From Candidatus Altimarinota bacterium (lineage in GTDB: Bacteria > Patescibacteriota > Gracilibacteria > UBA1369), in contig JBGSVP010000003.1 in assembly GCA_041752875.1 (NCBI GenBank), forward strand, positions 122,803 to 186,802: 64,000 nucleotides of DNA. Reading direction: 5' to 3'. The translations under genes and the position numbers were made by a program. This document shows positions 1 to 10,424 of the stretch, in pieces; the first letter of the stretch is position 1, and each line of letters opens with the position of its first letter. Under the pieces are notes generated by a model. That model ran no database searches. It was not told the origin of the DNA and worked only from the letters and a program-made list of their open reading frames with translations.

Positions 1-806
1 CCTGCACTTTTTAATACCGAGACTTTTGAATCATAGCTTCCACTGCTCCCCGAAATAATAGCACCCGCATGCCCCATTGTTTTTCCTTCGGGAGCGGCGC
101 GCCCGGCAATGTAAGCCACTACCGGCTTAGTGACATTGTTTTTTATATACTCCGCCGCTCGCTCCTCCGCTTCGCCACCGATCTCACCGATAAGCACAAT
201 AATTTTTGTCTCTTCATCCCGCTGAAATTTTTCCAGGGTCTCAATGTAGTTGATGCCGTTAATAAAATCTCCGCCGATACCCACAACGGTACTCTGTCCA
301 AAATTATTTTTACTAAGGTTATCCACAATCTCGTAAGTCAAAGTTCCGGACCTTGATACTATTCCGACATTTCCCCTGGTAAAGATATGCCCCGGCATAA
401 TGCCGATTTTACATTCACCGGGAGTAATGACTCCGGGGCAGTTCGGTCCGATAACGATAAGTCCTTTAGACTTTGCTTTAGCCACAATAGCCATCGTGTC
501 ACGTACAGGGATATGTTCGGTGATGATCACCAGATTCAATCCCGCATCAAGAGATTCCATCGCCGCTCCCAACGCTTTCGGTGCCGGTACAAAAATCGCG
601 GAAAAATCCGCCGGTGAAAATTTAAGAGACTCACTTACACTGTTAAATACCGGAACACCGTTCACACTTTGTCCGCCCTTACCCGGAGTAACTCCCGAGA
701 CGATTTTTGTGCCGTACTCCATCATTAAACCGGTATGGAATTTTCCTTGTTCACCGGTTATTCCCTGAACAATCACTTTGGTTTTATCGTCGACGATGAT
801 GCTCAT
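1..806 (-). CDS. sucD: Succinyl-CoA synthetase alpha subunit, first ~268 codons (gene runs off the left edge)
   Basis: My own translation of the minus strand from the ATG at 806 gives MSIIVDDKTKVIVQGITGEQGKFH...GPNCPGVITPGECKIGIMPG...SRSGTLTYE...MGHAGAIISG. This shows the CoA-binding motif and the phosphohistidine loop GHAGA. The ORF is missing from the track because it is edge-truncated. Confidence 0.9.
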   Translation of the reverse strand, partial: MSIIVDDKTKVIVQGITGEQGKFHTGLMMEYGTKIVSGVTPGKGGQSVNGVPVFNSVSESLKFSPADFSAIFVPAPKALGAAMESLDAGLNLVIITEHIPVRDTMAIVAKAKSKGLIVIGPNCPGVITPGECKIGIMPGHIFTRGNVGIVSRSGTLTYEIVDNLSKNNFGQSTVVGIGGDFINGINYIETLEKFQRDEETKIIVLIGEIGGEAEERAAEYIKNNVTKPVVAYIAGRAAPEGKTMGHAGAIISGSSGSYDSKVSVLKSA

Positions 807-821
807 TTTATTTACTAAGGA

Positions 822-1961
822 TTATTGAGCTAAGCGCGCGGATATTTCTTCAACAGCCTTCTGAAAAGAATCGAACGCATGAACATTGTTTTTGTTTAAT
901 AGTTCCAGTCCCTCTTTTTCATTGGTGCCTGTCATCCTCACTACAATAGGTATTCCGATCTCCGTTTTTTTCAGATACGATACAAGTCCTTCCGCCACTT
1001 CGTCACAGCGGGTAATTCCTCCATATATATTGATAAAGATGCCCCGCAGTCTTTTTTTTGAAAGTACGATTTTAAGAGCTTCCTCAACCATCAATGATGA
1101 AGCTCCTCCTCCCACATCGCAAAAATTAGCGGGATTAAGTCCATATTGTTTTGCCGCATCCAAAGTGGACATCACCAGCCCCGCGCCATTCCCTATTATA
1201 GCCAGGTCTCCGTCCAGCTCCACATAAGACAATCCGTGCTCATGCGCATTCTTTTCCTGTTCGGAAAATTCACGGACGGAAATGTCGATATATTCTTCGT
1301 GTCTGAATATTGCCGCGTCGTCGATAGTGATTTTTGCATCAGCGGATATCAATCTTCCTGCTGTGTCGGCGATCAAAGGATTTATTTCCGCAAGTATGCA
1401 GTCTTCACCGAAGAAAAGTGCATAAAGTTTTTTTGCCACATCAATCAGATCGTTTACATTAAATCCTTCAGTAATCTGTCTTTCCAAAGATTCACGGAAT
1501 TCTTTTTCGGGGAATGAATCTTCCGTAAAAACAGTCTTCACTAACATATTCGCATTTTTTTTTGCGACATCTTCTATATCTACACCTCCCGACTCCGAAA
1601 ATAACATCAAAGGTCTTCTGGAGAACCGGTCCACAGTAATACTCAAAAAAAGCTCCCTGTTGATATCAATTCTTTCAGCGGTCAATATCTCATCTACATG
1701 GTGTCCGTTTATGTCTTTTTTCAAAAGTTCGCTGAAATTCTTATCGAAATCATCGAGTGCGGTCTTAACTACACCGCCACTTTTTCCACGCTTTCCTCCT
1801 GCAACCTGGGCTTTTAGCAGATAGGTCCGGCCGTGGTCGTCGGCACTGTTTTTCCTGGCCCATTCTAAAGCCGCTGTCGAATCGGCGGAAACGAAACCAT
1901 CCGGAACGGCCATGCCATACCTTATGAACAAGGCTCTGCCTTCATGTTCCTTCAGGTTCAT
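822..1961 (-). CDS. sucC: Succinyl-CoA synthetase beta subunit (ATP-grasp)
   Basis: The 379-aa ORF starts MNLKEHEGRALFIRYGMAVPDG and has an ATP-grasp layout. It lies 15 nt upstream of sucD on the same strand, which is the classic sucCD order. Confidence 0.85.
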   Translation of the reverse strand: MNLKEHEGRALFIRYGMAVPDGFVSADSTAALEWARKNSADDHGRTYLLKAQVAGGKRGKSGGVVKTALDDFDKNFSELLKKDINGHHVDEILTAERIDINRELFLSITVDRFSRRPLMLFSESGGVDIEDVAKKNANMLVKTVFTEDSFPEKEFRESLERQITEGFNVNDLIDVAKKLYALFFGEDCILAEINPLIADTAGRLISADAKITIDDAAIFRHEEYIDISVREFSEQEKNAHEHGLSYVELDGDLAIIGNGAGLVMSTLDAAKQYGLNPANFCDVGGGASSLMVEEALKIVLSKKRLRGIFINIYGGITRCDEVAEGLVSYLKKTEIGIPIVVRMTGTNEKEGLELLNKNNVHAFDSFQKAVEEISARLAQ

Positions 1962-1971
1962 CTGTCTTGGA

Positions 1972-2295
1972 CTAAGCTAAATGGTTTTCAATGGATTGCT
2001 TCAACTTTTCTTCGCTCTGGAATCCCACATCTTTACCCACGGGTTGTCCGTCTTTGAAATATATCAACGTCGGAATGCCCTGAATCTCGAACATAGTACT
2101 CACAGCGGGACTTTCATCCACATTCAGTTTGCAGACCTTTACTTTTCCTTCATATGCCTTAGCCATTTTTTCGATAGCTGGAGCCATCATTTTACACGGT
2201 CCGCACCATTCGGCATAAAAATCCACAAGCACGAGGCCCTTCGATTTTGCCACCTCATTTTCGAAATTGCTGTCCGAAAGTATAACTTCACTCAT
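1972..2295 (-). CDS. trxA: Thioredoxin
   Basis: 107 aa with the WCGPCK active site and typical thioredoxin length and flanking sequence. Confidence 0.95.
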   Translation of the reverse strand: MSEVILSDSNFENEVAKSKGLVLVDFYAEWCGPCKMMAPAIEKMAKAYEGKVKVCKLNVDESPAVSTMFEIQGIPTLIYFKDGQPVGKDVGFQSEEKLKQSIENHLA

Positions 2296-2340
2296 AGGAT
2301 TTTGGAAAAATATTAATAACGTAAAAAGGATAAACTTTTT

Positions 2341-3627
2341 TTACTGTTCTGCCAAATTCAAATTACCGCGTCCGTTTCCACCTGTGTTTTTCGGCAGGAC
2401 AAGGGCTTTTTCGAATATCTTATCCAGTTCGGCACTGAACCTGTCGGTTTCAACATTCACCGACTTTGCCAGAAAAGATTTTCGTAACAGTCTAAGATAA
2501 GAAAGTCTTTTTACCGCGGTACGGTATTTGGATTTGTTGATTTCACGCCTGTCTCGCAATAATGGATTCAGGTCATACCTGAAAATAACCATGCTCTGAT
2601 TGATTTCCATAATTTTTGCCGGAAGTTTTTCTTTTGCGTCGCCCTGCTCCATTATTATTCGGAAAAAATAAAATCCGCTGTCCTGACATCCGGACAATCC
2701 GATAGCCACAATATTCTTTTCCGGAATAGCCGCAATCATCAATGCTTTCACTGTCATCTCTTTCTTTTCTCTGTTGCTAAACGCGAATCCCAGATAGAAG
2801 TTTTCATCGCCGCTTATAGAACGAAGAAGTTTCATCTTTTCCCCCATATGCACGTTACATTGAATAGCCAGATCGAAAAGCCTGGAAGGCAGATCATCAT
2901 GTAGCTTTTTGAATGTGCTGAATTGCACCGCTTTTCCACCTTTAACCTTGTTGGCCAGCTTAAGAAGAGTTGCGGGGTCGAAACCGGGTAACGCCTCATT
3001 GAGGTTATTGAGTATCCTTTCGTACATCTTCCCCATCAAAGTTTCCATAGTCTCTTTCGCGTCCTCAAAATATGTACCCAGCTTCGATATCTTTATGGTA
3101 TTTCCGTTATCCAGTGTCAGCTTGAGCACATATTCATCCTCGTCGAACTCATGACTCTTCAGAAAATCCAGGTATATGACCACGCACTCCTTTAGTTCGG
3201 GGATTATGACGATGCTTCCTTCATATATCTGAATCCGTGATTTACCTTTATTCAGTGATTTTTCGTAAGTATTGATTATCTCGGCCGCGCCGTCATATTC
3301 ACGCACAAGCATTCCCACTTTCATGAACAGGTTTTCCGCCAGAAATTCGTTTCTCACCTTCATGAAATCCTTGATGAAAGAATCGAAAAGGCTGGAGAAA
3401 CTGGAAAGCACATATTTTTCTTTTGTATAAGTAGTGAACATCAGAAGATCGTCCTTTATGAAAAGATCCTTCATATCACTAAAGAAGATGTTTTCGCCCA
3501 TATCCTGGGCCCCTTTTCCCTTCAGACGGAAAGAATTGCGGTCGATGATTATCTCACCTTCCTTTTCCATGACCACCTTTTGGAAAAAATTGATTTTCTT
3601 GTATTTAAGGCTGTAAGTAAGAGCCAT
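2341..3627 (-). CDS. Hypothetical protein (428 aa, no recognisable domain)
   Basis: A long uninterrupted ORF that fills the gap between trxA and the divergent amidase gene. I recognise no motif in it. Confidence 0.6.
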   Translation of the reverse strand: MALTYSLKYKKINFFQKVVMEKEGEIIIDRNSFRLKGKGAQDMGENIFFSDMKDLFIKDDLLMFTTYTKEKYVLSSFSSLFDSFIKDFMKVRNEFLAENLFMKVGMLVREYDGAAEIINTYEKSLNKGKSRIQIYEGSIVIIPELKECVVIYLDFLKSHEFDEDEYVLKLTLDNGNTIKISKLGTYFEDAKETMETLMGKMYERILNNLNEALPGFDPATLLKLANKVKGGKAVQFSTFKKLHDDLPSRLFDLAIQCNVHMGEKMKLLRSISGDENFYLGFAFSNREKKEMTVKALMIAAIPEKNIVAIGLSGCQDSGFYFFRIIMEQGDAKEKLPAKIMEINQSMVIFRYDLNPLLRDRREINKSKYRTAVKRLSYLRLLRKSFLAKSVNVETDRFSAELDKIFEKALVLPKNTGGNGRGNLNLAEQ

Positions 3628-3852
3628 CAGTTTTTACCGATACAATATAAAAGAGATGATTTTTTTAAGGCCCTTCGATGAAAAACCGGAAATCTCCCTG
3701 TGAACATGCATATCATACCGCTTTGGAGTTAAAAATCAACCTGAAATAACATTCAGAAACGGTCTATCCATAGGAATACAAGCCATAAAGTGATACACTA
3801 TTATAATCGGGTAGATGAAAGAAAAGAGCCCGTTTAACCACTATTCCCGCTT

Positions 3853-6800
3853 ATGAAAGAACCTCACCGCATTATTGCGCTCATCACACTGGTTTTTGCA
3901 TTTAATCTTATTACTCCTTCTGCTGGAGCACTTGCCGATGAAAATAGGCCTGAAACATATCTTCCTCAAAGTACATATTTTTCGTCCATCAAGGAGTCCC
4001 CAATACCTTATACGGCTCTTGGCGTGGAATGGCGCCAGCTTACGCCACCGGGGACGTCGGCATATATATATATACGTTTTCAGGAACAGGAAGGCTGGGG
4101 AAAATGGAAGGAAATCGAGGACGACTCTTATGAAGAGTTTCAGAGTGGGGACATGAAGTCGGCTCTTTTAAATACACAAAGATCGGCCAAGTTCCAATAT
4201 AAGGTTTATCTTGAAAGCTCCGTTCCCCACGTGACTCCTGTACTTGACCAAATTAGCTTAACTTATATAAACGCAAAATCCGGTGATATGGGTGTCGTAA
4301 ATGAAGATAAGCCCATAGTGAAGGATGTGGTGAGTGCCGCTTTGCCGGAAGAGACAGTCGTCAAAAAAGAATTGACGGCGGCAATCAGCTTTCCCCAGGA
4401 TGGTTCCACATTTATTCCGTCTGTCAGTTCATCGTTCATAGCTAAATCGTTCAAACCCGGTTCAATCAGGGTAATAAGCCGTTCCGAATGGGGTGCGGAC
4501 GAAAGTCTTAGGGTCTATACGAAAGAAAGGCCGGATCCCCAATTGGTCAAACTGGATCCCGATTTCGGTGACAAGTTCGCGAGTGAACTCAAGATAATAA
4601 AGAAAGTAGATAAGAATCAGGCAGGAGAGGACTTGACCTGGCCGATGGAATATCCGCAGAAAGTGACGAAGATAATAATTCATCACACAGCCACCGATAA
4701 CGACCTTGAAGATCCAAAACAGGCAATCAGAAACATCTATTACTGGCACGCCATAACGCGCGGCTGGGGAGATATAGGATATAACTTCATTATCGACCGG
4801 CAGGGTAACATATATGAGGGTAGGGCCGGAGGCGACGGTGTGGTCGGGTCTCACGCGGGCAAAGCGAATGTCGGCAGCATAGGAATTTCCATTATCGGTA
4901 ATTATCAGGAAAACGATATTCCTGACGCAGTGATACAATCTCTGATTAGCCTCATTAACATAAAGGCTACTTTGCATCATATAAATCCAGTAGGTGAATC
5001 AACCTTCCGCGGTGAAATACTGCCTAACATCATAGGTCATCGTGATGTGATGAACACGACCTGCCCCGGTGACAATCTTTACGACCTTTTGCCTGCTATA
5101 AGGCTACTGGCCAAAGATGGATTGAAATCGAATGTTGTAGACAAGCGCAGAGGGAAAGTACAGTCGGGTTATGATTTCCTTCCTTCGACCGTGATTCCGA
5201 TGGTTACGTTTGAGCCCGGAGGAAAACAGCGCATCAAAATTTCCCTCAAGAATACAGGTGCCGTAAAATGGGGAAAGGATACTGTCGTCGTTCTCAATTC
5301 GGGTGAATCCACACAGTCATATCTGGAATCGGATGGCATGATTCGCTCATCCGCCGCAGGTAAAGAAATAAAGTCGGGTGAAAGTGCTAACTTCGAACTG
5401 AATCTGAAAGCCGGATTTAGAGGTGGTATAAGTCATCTGGAACTTTTCCCTCTTGTTGACGGGAAGACCAAGATCGAGAAATATCTGAATGTTCCTTTTC
5501 AGGTAAAATCCCCAATCTATGAATATGAATTCATAAGCGCAAAGATAGACAAGAACATCCTTAAACGTAACGAAACGACACAGGCAAAGATCAGTCTTCG
5601 AAATAACGGCAATGTTACATGGACTCGTGAAGGCGATAACAGAATCATGATCGGTACGGAAAATCCGCGCGACCACATCTCCTCTATTCTGGAAAAACAG
5701 AGTGCAAGGCTTGCCGCGATGGATCAGCGGGAAGTGAAACCGGGAGCCACTGCCACTTTTACCGTAAAGATAAAAGCACCTTCTTCACTTGGCTCATATA
5801 GTGACGATTACGCGCCGGTGATAGAAGGCGTTACATGGCTTCCTGCAAAGAATAAGTCACTGGGAATATTCGTATACGATGTATATTGGGCCGCGACACT
5901 TCCGGGGAAAGCCATGAGCTTCGTATTACAGCCGGGTGAATCCAAAAAACTTTCTTTCGACATCCGGAACGTAGGCGGAGGCATTTGGAGCAAGGATAGC
6001 CGGGATAACCTGAATTTCGAAATAACCCGCGATAACGGATTTACCATCAAGACTCCCGTTTTGAGCAGAACTACAGTACTTCCCGGTCAGACGGTAACGG
6101 TGGAAGTACCTGTAGTGGCTCCTTCGGTGGAAGGTAACTATAGTTTTAAGATAACACCTAAGGCCGGCACAAAAAAACTGGTCGAAGAATCGATGCTCGT
6201 GGTATTGAAAGTGCCTAAGAAAGAATCCGGTTCCGTCACAAGTGATACTTCAAAAAACGTACCCGCGAACAAGGGGAATGCTTCATCTTCCATAAAAGTG
6301 GATATCGGATACAACGGAAATCCCGCGATAATCAGTGCTAGCGGATCTTTTAATCTATATGAAGGATCGAAAATGCTTGGATCGTTTGTCAGTGACGAAA
6401 AGGTTACAGTCTCTTTCGATAAAGACAGATTCGGCATAAAAGGAAATAAATCTTCATATACTACTTCCGTGCCTCCGCGTTTCAAGCCGGTCGGCGACTC
6501 CATATTGAGGATAGACGATTATAACCACAGGCCCGAATGGAATAAGAGTTACAACGATAACGAATATCGCGGCGACCTGGTCATAAACCAATATCAGAAT
6601 GCCTTGCATGTAGTAAACGAGCTTCCCATAGAGGATTATCTTAAAGGCCTTGCCGAAATATCGGCCAAAGATCCGGTAGAGAAGATTAAGGCCATAATAG
6701 TCGCGGCTAGGACATACGCGGTATTCTATACCACGGTCGCGGAAAAGTTTCCCGGAGCACCTTTCGACCTTACCGACGACCCGCAACGTTCGCAGATATA

Positions 6801-7134
6801 CCTGGGTTACGGTTTCGAAAAGCGCAATCCTACCGGCGTAAAAGCAGTGAAAGCAACGGAGAACATGGTAGTCACCTATAACGGTAAGATCGTAAAGACA
6901 CCATATTTTTCGAGCGACGACGGACGCACACGCAGCGCGGAAGAGACATGGCAATGGAAAGACACCCCTTACCTTCAGAGCGTGGATGATCCCGGATGTA
7001 AAGGTAAGACGATGAATGGACACGGTGTGGGTATGAGCGGATGCGGCTCTCTTTATCTGGCGGGAAAAGGAAAATCCTATATCGAAATACTAAAATATTT
7101 CTATAAGGGAGTGGAAGTGACAAAAAGGAAATAG
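3853..7134 (+). CDS. Secreted multidomain peptidoglycan hydrolase: N-acetylmuramoyl-L-alanine amidase (Amidase_2/PGRP type) + repeated beta-sandwich modules + C-terminal SpoIID/LytB domain
   Basis: N-terminal signal/TM segment IIALITLVFAFNLITPSAGALA. Amidase_2 block IIIHHTATDN...YYWHAITRGWGDIGYNFIIDRQGNIYEGRAGG...GHRDVMNTTCPG. Four to five repeats of the pattern PG(E/G)..(K/T)(I/L)S(L/F).(L/I)(K/R)N.G...W. SpoIID block AARTYAVFY...VVTYNGKIVKTPYFSSDDGRTRSAEETWQ. Confidence 0.85.
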   Translation: MKEPHRIIALITLVFAFNLITPSAGALADENRPETYLPQSTYFSSIKESPIPYTALGVEWRQLTPPGTSAYIYIRFQEQEGWGKWKEIEDDSYEEFQSGDMKSALLNTQRSAKFQYKVYLESSVPHVTPVLDQISLTYINAKSGDMGVVNEDKPIVKDVVSAALPEETVVKKELTAAISFPQDGSTFIPSVSSSFIAKSFKPGSIRVISRSEWGADESLRVYTKERPDPQLVKLDPDFGDKFASELKIIKKVDKNQAGEDLTWPMEYPQKVTKIIIHHTATDNDLEDPKQAIRNIYYWHAITRGWGDIGYNFIIDRQGNIYEGRAGGDGVVGSHAGKANVGSIGISIIGNYQENDIPDAVIQSLISLINIKATLHHINPVGESTFRGEILPNIIGHRDVMNTTCPGDNLYDLLPAIRLLAKDGLKSNVVDKRRGKVQSGYDFLPSTVIPMVTFEPGGKQRIKISLKNTGAVKWGKDTVVVLNSGESTQSYLESDGMIRSSAAGKEIKSGESANFELNLKAGFRGGISHLELFPLVDGKTKIEKYLNVPFQVKSPIYEYEFISAKIDKNILKRNETTQAKISLRNNGNVTWTREGDNRIMIGTENPRDHISSILEKQSARLAAMDQREVKPGATATFTVKIKAPSSLGSYSDDYAPVIEGVTWLPAKNKSLGIFVYDVYWAATLPGKAMSFVLQPGESKKLSFDIRNVGGGIWSKDSRDNLNFEITRDNGFTIKTPVLSRTTVLPGQTVTVEVPVVAPSVEGNYSFKITPKAGTKKLVEESMLVVLKVPKKESGSVTSDTSKNVPANKGNASSSIKVDIGYNGNPAIISASGSFNLYEGSKMLGSFVSDEKVTVSFDKDRFGIKGNKSSYTTSVPPRFKPVGDSILRIDDYNHRPEWNKSYNDNEYRGDLVINQYQNALHVVNELPIEDYLKGLAEISAKDPVEKIKAIIVAARTYAVFYTTVAEKFPGAPFDLTDDPQRSQIYLGYGFEKRNPTGVKAVKATENMVVTYNGKIVKTPYFSSDDGRTRSAEETWQWKDTPYLQSVDDPGCKGKTMNGHGVGMSGCGSLYLAGKGKSYIEILKYFYKGVEVTKRK

Positions 7135-7203
7135 AAAAGCGAAGGAAAAGGAATACGAGCTACTGGACTTTGCAACAAAAACAAAAATCTTAATAAAAAC
7201 AAA

Positions 7204-7518
7204 ATGTTTAAATTGATTCCCCGGGAGGAAAATACGCAAAGATCATCGGTAAAATCGAAAGACAAAAAGATGAGGCCGGAGAAGAAAGACATTTCTCCAA
7301 AAATCCGCCAAAAGAAGGATATTGAAAAAAACGGGGTCAATAAGGTGTTGAAACGTATATCCTTACAGTTGGTGAAATTCGCATCTGATAATAAAGGATA
7401 TTCTTCGAGGCAAATCTCCGATATGGTCCATGACCTTCAACAGGGGATATGTTGTCTGGAGAAAAAACGCCAGCTGATGATTTGGACCGCCAAGAGAAAA
7501 AAGAAGGCCAAGTCATAA
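7204..7518 (+). CDS. Possible small Lys/Arg-rich hypothetical protein (104 aa)
   Basis: This is the only ORF in a 450-nt gap. It is highly basic and low-complexity with no recognisable motif, so the region may be non-coding. Confidence 0.3.
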   Translation: MFKLIPREENTQRSSVKSKDKKMRPEKKDISPKIRQKKDIEKNGVNKVLKRISLQLVKFASDNKGYSSRQISDMVHDLQQGICCLEKKRQLMIWTAKRKKKAKS

Positions 7519-7586
7519 GAGTCTAAAAAATGACTGTCATATACGCACGGATGATATATAATCGCCCTGTCTTTTAACATAAACGG

Positions 7587-8246
7587 ATGTTGATACTTGG
7601 AATAGATACGGCCACATCAGAAACAGAAATAGCTTTGGTGGATAGCGTCAGCCAAAAAGTTATTTTCGCGAAATCATGGAAATCCGATCACGACGAAGCT
7701 GAACGTCTTCTGCCGCAGATTTCGGTAGCCATAGAAAAAGCGGACGGACGAAAGATAGATGCGATCTATGTAATCGAAGGCCCCGGATCTTTTACTGGCC
7801 TTCGTATCGGCGTTACAGCATCGAATATATTGGGTCTCGTATCGGGGGCAAAGCTTTACGGCATAGACACTTTCGAGTTCATGGCGGTCAAAGCGAAGTC
7901 TTCCGATAAGGATTTTGCCGTAGTTTTACGAGCCGGCGGAGATAATCTTGCGGTCAGACGTTCGGAAAAAGAAGATTACGAAATAGTTAAAGGCGAAAGC
8001 CTCGGTGAATTTCTCCGCGGTAATTACAATCGAATAAAGTTAGCGGTTACAGACATCCCTGCAAAAGAAAGAAGCAAATATATATTGCCCGCAGGCTGTG
8101 GCTGGATGGCGGACAGGCAAATGGCATCTTTTGGCGAAGCTTTGCTCCGTTTATCCTTAAAGAAGAAAGTCTCGCGAAAGATTATCAGTCCTTACTATCT
8201 GCAGCCGCCGAAGATAACGCAAAGCAGCAAACCCAAATTCGTTTAG
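7587..8246 (+). CDS. tsaB: tRNA threonylcarbamoyladenosine (t6A) biosynthesis protein TsaB (YeaZ family)
   Basis: N-terminus MLILGIDTATSETEIALVD followed by GPGSFTGLRIGV, which is the ASKHA-fold TsaB signature. 219 aa. Confidence 0.8.
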   Translation: MLILGIDTATSETEIALVDSVSQKVIFAKSWKSDHDEAERLLPQISVAIEKADGRKIDAIYVIEGPGSFTGLRIGVTASNILGLVSGAKLYGIDTFEFMAVKAKSSDKDFAVVLRAGGDNLAVRRSEKEDYEIVKGESLGEFLRGNYNRIKLAVTDIPAKERSKYILPAGCGWMADRQMASFGEALLRLSLKKKVSRKIISPYYLQPPKITQSSKPKFV

Positions 8247-8253
8247 CCCAATC

Positions 8254-8940
8254 ATGTTACATGTAGTTTCGACACCTATCGGAAATCTGGAAGATATCAC
8301 GTTCCGCGCAGTGCGTACATTAAAGGAATGCGACTATATAGCCGCAGAGGATACGCGTCACTGCCAGATACTGTTACAGAGATATGAGATAAAGAAACCC
8401 GCCATAAGTTTCCATGCTTTCAGCGACCAGCGGAAACTGGATGAGCTTGTTCGCCTGCTGGAAGAAGGAAAAGATATAGCTCTGATTTCGGACGCGGGTA
8501 CTCCCGGCATATCGGATCCGGGATATCTTTTGATAAAAGCCGCTATCGAAAAGGGTATAAAGGTTGTGCCTATACCCGGACCAGCGGCTTTTCTTACGGC
8601 ACTTTCCGCTTCGGGGCTTCCAACTCCAAGATTCCTGTACCTCGGCTTCCTTCCGCAGAAGAAAGGTCGCCACACCTTGCTGGAATCTCTAAAGGAAGAA
8701 AAAAGGACAATAGTATTCTATGAGTCGCCGCATCGTCTTCTTAAGACACTGTCGGAGCTGGATATTACCTTCGGATTACGGCCAATAGTAATTGCGCGTG
8801 AAATCACCAAGATGTTCGAAGAGTTTTTCCGCGGTACCGCGAAAGAGGCACTGGAACATTTCACTAAGAAATCGGTGAAAGGTGAATTTGTCATCATGCT
8901 TGGCCCATTGTCCAAACATGATTCCGATTCCGAAGATTGA
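8254..8940 (+). CDS. rsmI: 16S rRNA (cytidine1402-2'-O)-methyltransferase RsmI
   Basis: Contains MLHVVSTPIGNLEDITFRAV..L..CDYIAAEDTRH, SDAGTPGISDPG and YESPHRL, the tetrapyrrole-methylase-fold RsmI motifs. Confidence 0.9.
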   Translation: MLHVVSTPIGNLEDITFRAVRTLKECDYIAAEDTRHCQILLQRYEIKKPAISFHAFSDQRKLDELVRLLEEGKDIALISDAGTPGISDPGYLLIKAAIEKGIKVVPIPGPAAFLTALSASGLPTPRFLYLGFLPQKKGRHTLLESLKEEKRTIVFYESPHRLLKTLSELDITFGLRPIVIAREITKMFEEFFRGTAKEALEHFTKKSVKGEFVIMLGPLSKHDSDSED

Positions 8941-8941
8941 C

Positions 8942-10408
8942 CTATTGCTGAATTACATATTCAAGAATTCCTCTTTCCTGCGGAACCTTTACTTCAAGAA
9001 CTTGTTTAAAGTTTCCGGAAGTGCCTTCCGCTGTGATTGTTTGGGCTTCGTTTGTAGGCGGCTGGATAACTCCCAGCGCGTAAGTTCCGGTCGTTAGGAT
9101 CTGATATTCAAGATAGGGTATCCTTATCTTATTCGTTCCTACGGATGATGTTTGTGTGGAAATAAGACTATGTATCACGGAAAACTTAAAGACGGGATTT
9201 TTGATATGTTGGCCTAAGTTTGCCCACGGTGCTCCGTCAGTAAGAAAATCCTTTATCGTACCCGTTTGTTTCTGAAGGTCTGTACCTTGATTATTCATAT
9301 CGAGGAAAGTTGTCGAAGCGTTAGGCGATGTAATGCTGTTGATATCGGACTCTTTTATTATATCCGCACTGGAAGGTCTTAACATATATGTCTTTCCCGA
9401 AGTGCTGTCCTGACCGTATATCTGCCATGCCACAATTGGGTCGTCTGTTGCGGTATCCATCAAAAATCTATTATTAGAATAGCAATAATGGTTGTTGTCT
9501 TGGCATGGAGTCCTAAGTCTTAGTTCGAAAGACGATGATGGGGTGAACAATAAACGCGAAGCGCCGCTCGCATCCGTATAATACAAAGGTATGGTCACTG
9601 TTTCACCTGTCTTTATGGTTCCCCAATTGCACGGGTGATCTTCCGGCTGTACCGTTATGGGCGGTAATGAAGTAGACCCTGGGTAGGTGACTGGATATGT
9701 CCCTGGGTATGTTTCGACATTCCCATCCGCCTGCGCATGTGCCGTCCATATCAACCCGGCGAATAGGCGGTTACGGTCAGAAACAAAAGCAAACATATCA
9801 ATGTTCGGGTCATAGCTTGTGGTGGTAAGCGGTGGAGCAAGAGGGTTACAATCTTTGCCTGCTTTTCCCGTCCCCGGGGTAGGTATTGAATTGTAGCCGT
9901 TAAGTGTATCCGAACTGGATACCTGACCCTTTATGCTATATGAGGCCTTGCTGTCTCCGAGGGATTGTTGCCCCGTGGTGCCGGGATTAGTCGGGCATGC
10001 CTTTATACAGTTCTGCTGGTTAGATAGACAGATGGAGTGACTGGGTGATCCCGTGACATAGCCGGAAGTGCAGTTAAAAGTATTATAACAACAGTATTGG
10101 CAAGCTGAAGTGCTGTTAAGGTTGTTGCATGTCCTGTCCCCTTCACCCAAAACCACCTGCTGGGAGGTCGAAGTGGAGTAGCCTGTTCCCTGCTGCAGGT
10201 TTTCGTACAGTCCCTGTTCCAGTGCCCCCTCCGCGCCGTAGTAAGCTACATTGGCACTGTTCACGCTGGCGGACTGCCTTATGCTTTCCACTACTGTAAT
10301 GCTTGCGGCTGTCGCGAAAAAAACCATAACGCCCGTAATGACCAGTGCGATTACCAAGGAAACGCCTTTGGAGTATACAACAATTTTTTTCTTGGGGGAT
10401 TTTTTCAT
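8942..10408 (-). CDS. Large PilX-like type IV minor pilin / pseudopilin with Cys-rich region
   Basis: The N-terminus has a basic stretch, then G, then the hydrophobic helix VSLVIALVITGVMVFFATAAS with no Glu at +5, as in PilX-type proteins. It is the last gene of a four-gene pilin operon. A Cys-rich segment reads CNNLNSTSACQYCCYNTFNC...CLSNQQNCIKAC. Confidence 0.65.
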   Translation of the reverse strand: MKKSPKKKIVVYSKGVSLVIALVITGVMVFFATAASITVVESIRQSASVNSANVAYYGAEGALEQGLYENLQQGTGYSTSTSQQVVLGEGDRTCNNLNSTSACQYCCYNTFNCTSGYVTGSPSHSICLSNQQNCIKACPTNPGTTGQQSLGDSKASYSIKGQVSSSDTLNGYNSIPTPGTGKAGKDCNPLAPPLTTTSYDPNIDMFAFVSDRNRLFAGLIWTAHAQADGNVETYPGTYPVTYPGSTSLPPITVQPEDHPCNWGTIKTGETVTIPLYYTDASGASRLLFTPSSSFELRLRTPCQDNNHYCYSNNRFLMDTATDDPIVAWQIYGQDSTSGKTYMLRPSSADIIKESDINSITSPNASTTFLDMNNQGTDLQKQTGTIKDFLTDGAPWANLGQHIKNPVFKFSVIHSLISTQTSSVGTNKIRIPYLEYQILTTGTYALGVIQPPTNEAQTITAEGTSGNFKQVLEVKVPQERGILEYVIQQ

Positions 10409-10424
10409 GGGAAGAATTTTATTT

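Noticed and set aside
3628-3852. c-di-AMP (ydaO-type) riboswitch upstream of the cell-wall hydrolase gene
   Set aside because: I considered this because such riboswitches often precede amidase genes and cdaA is present. I could not find the conserved ACGGGG/CCGA-type cores or the pseudo-two-fold symmetric helices by eye, and the leader is AT-rich. It would need Infernal to exclude formally.
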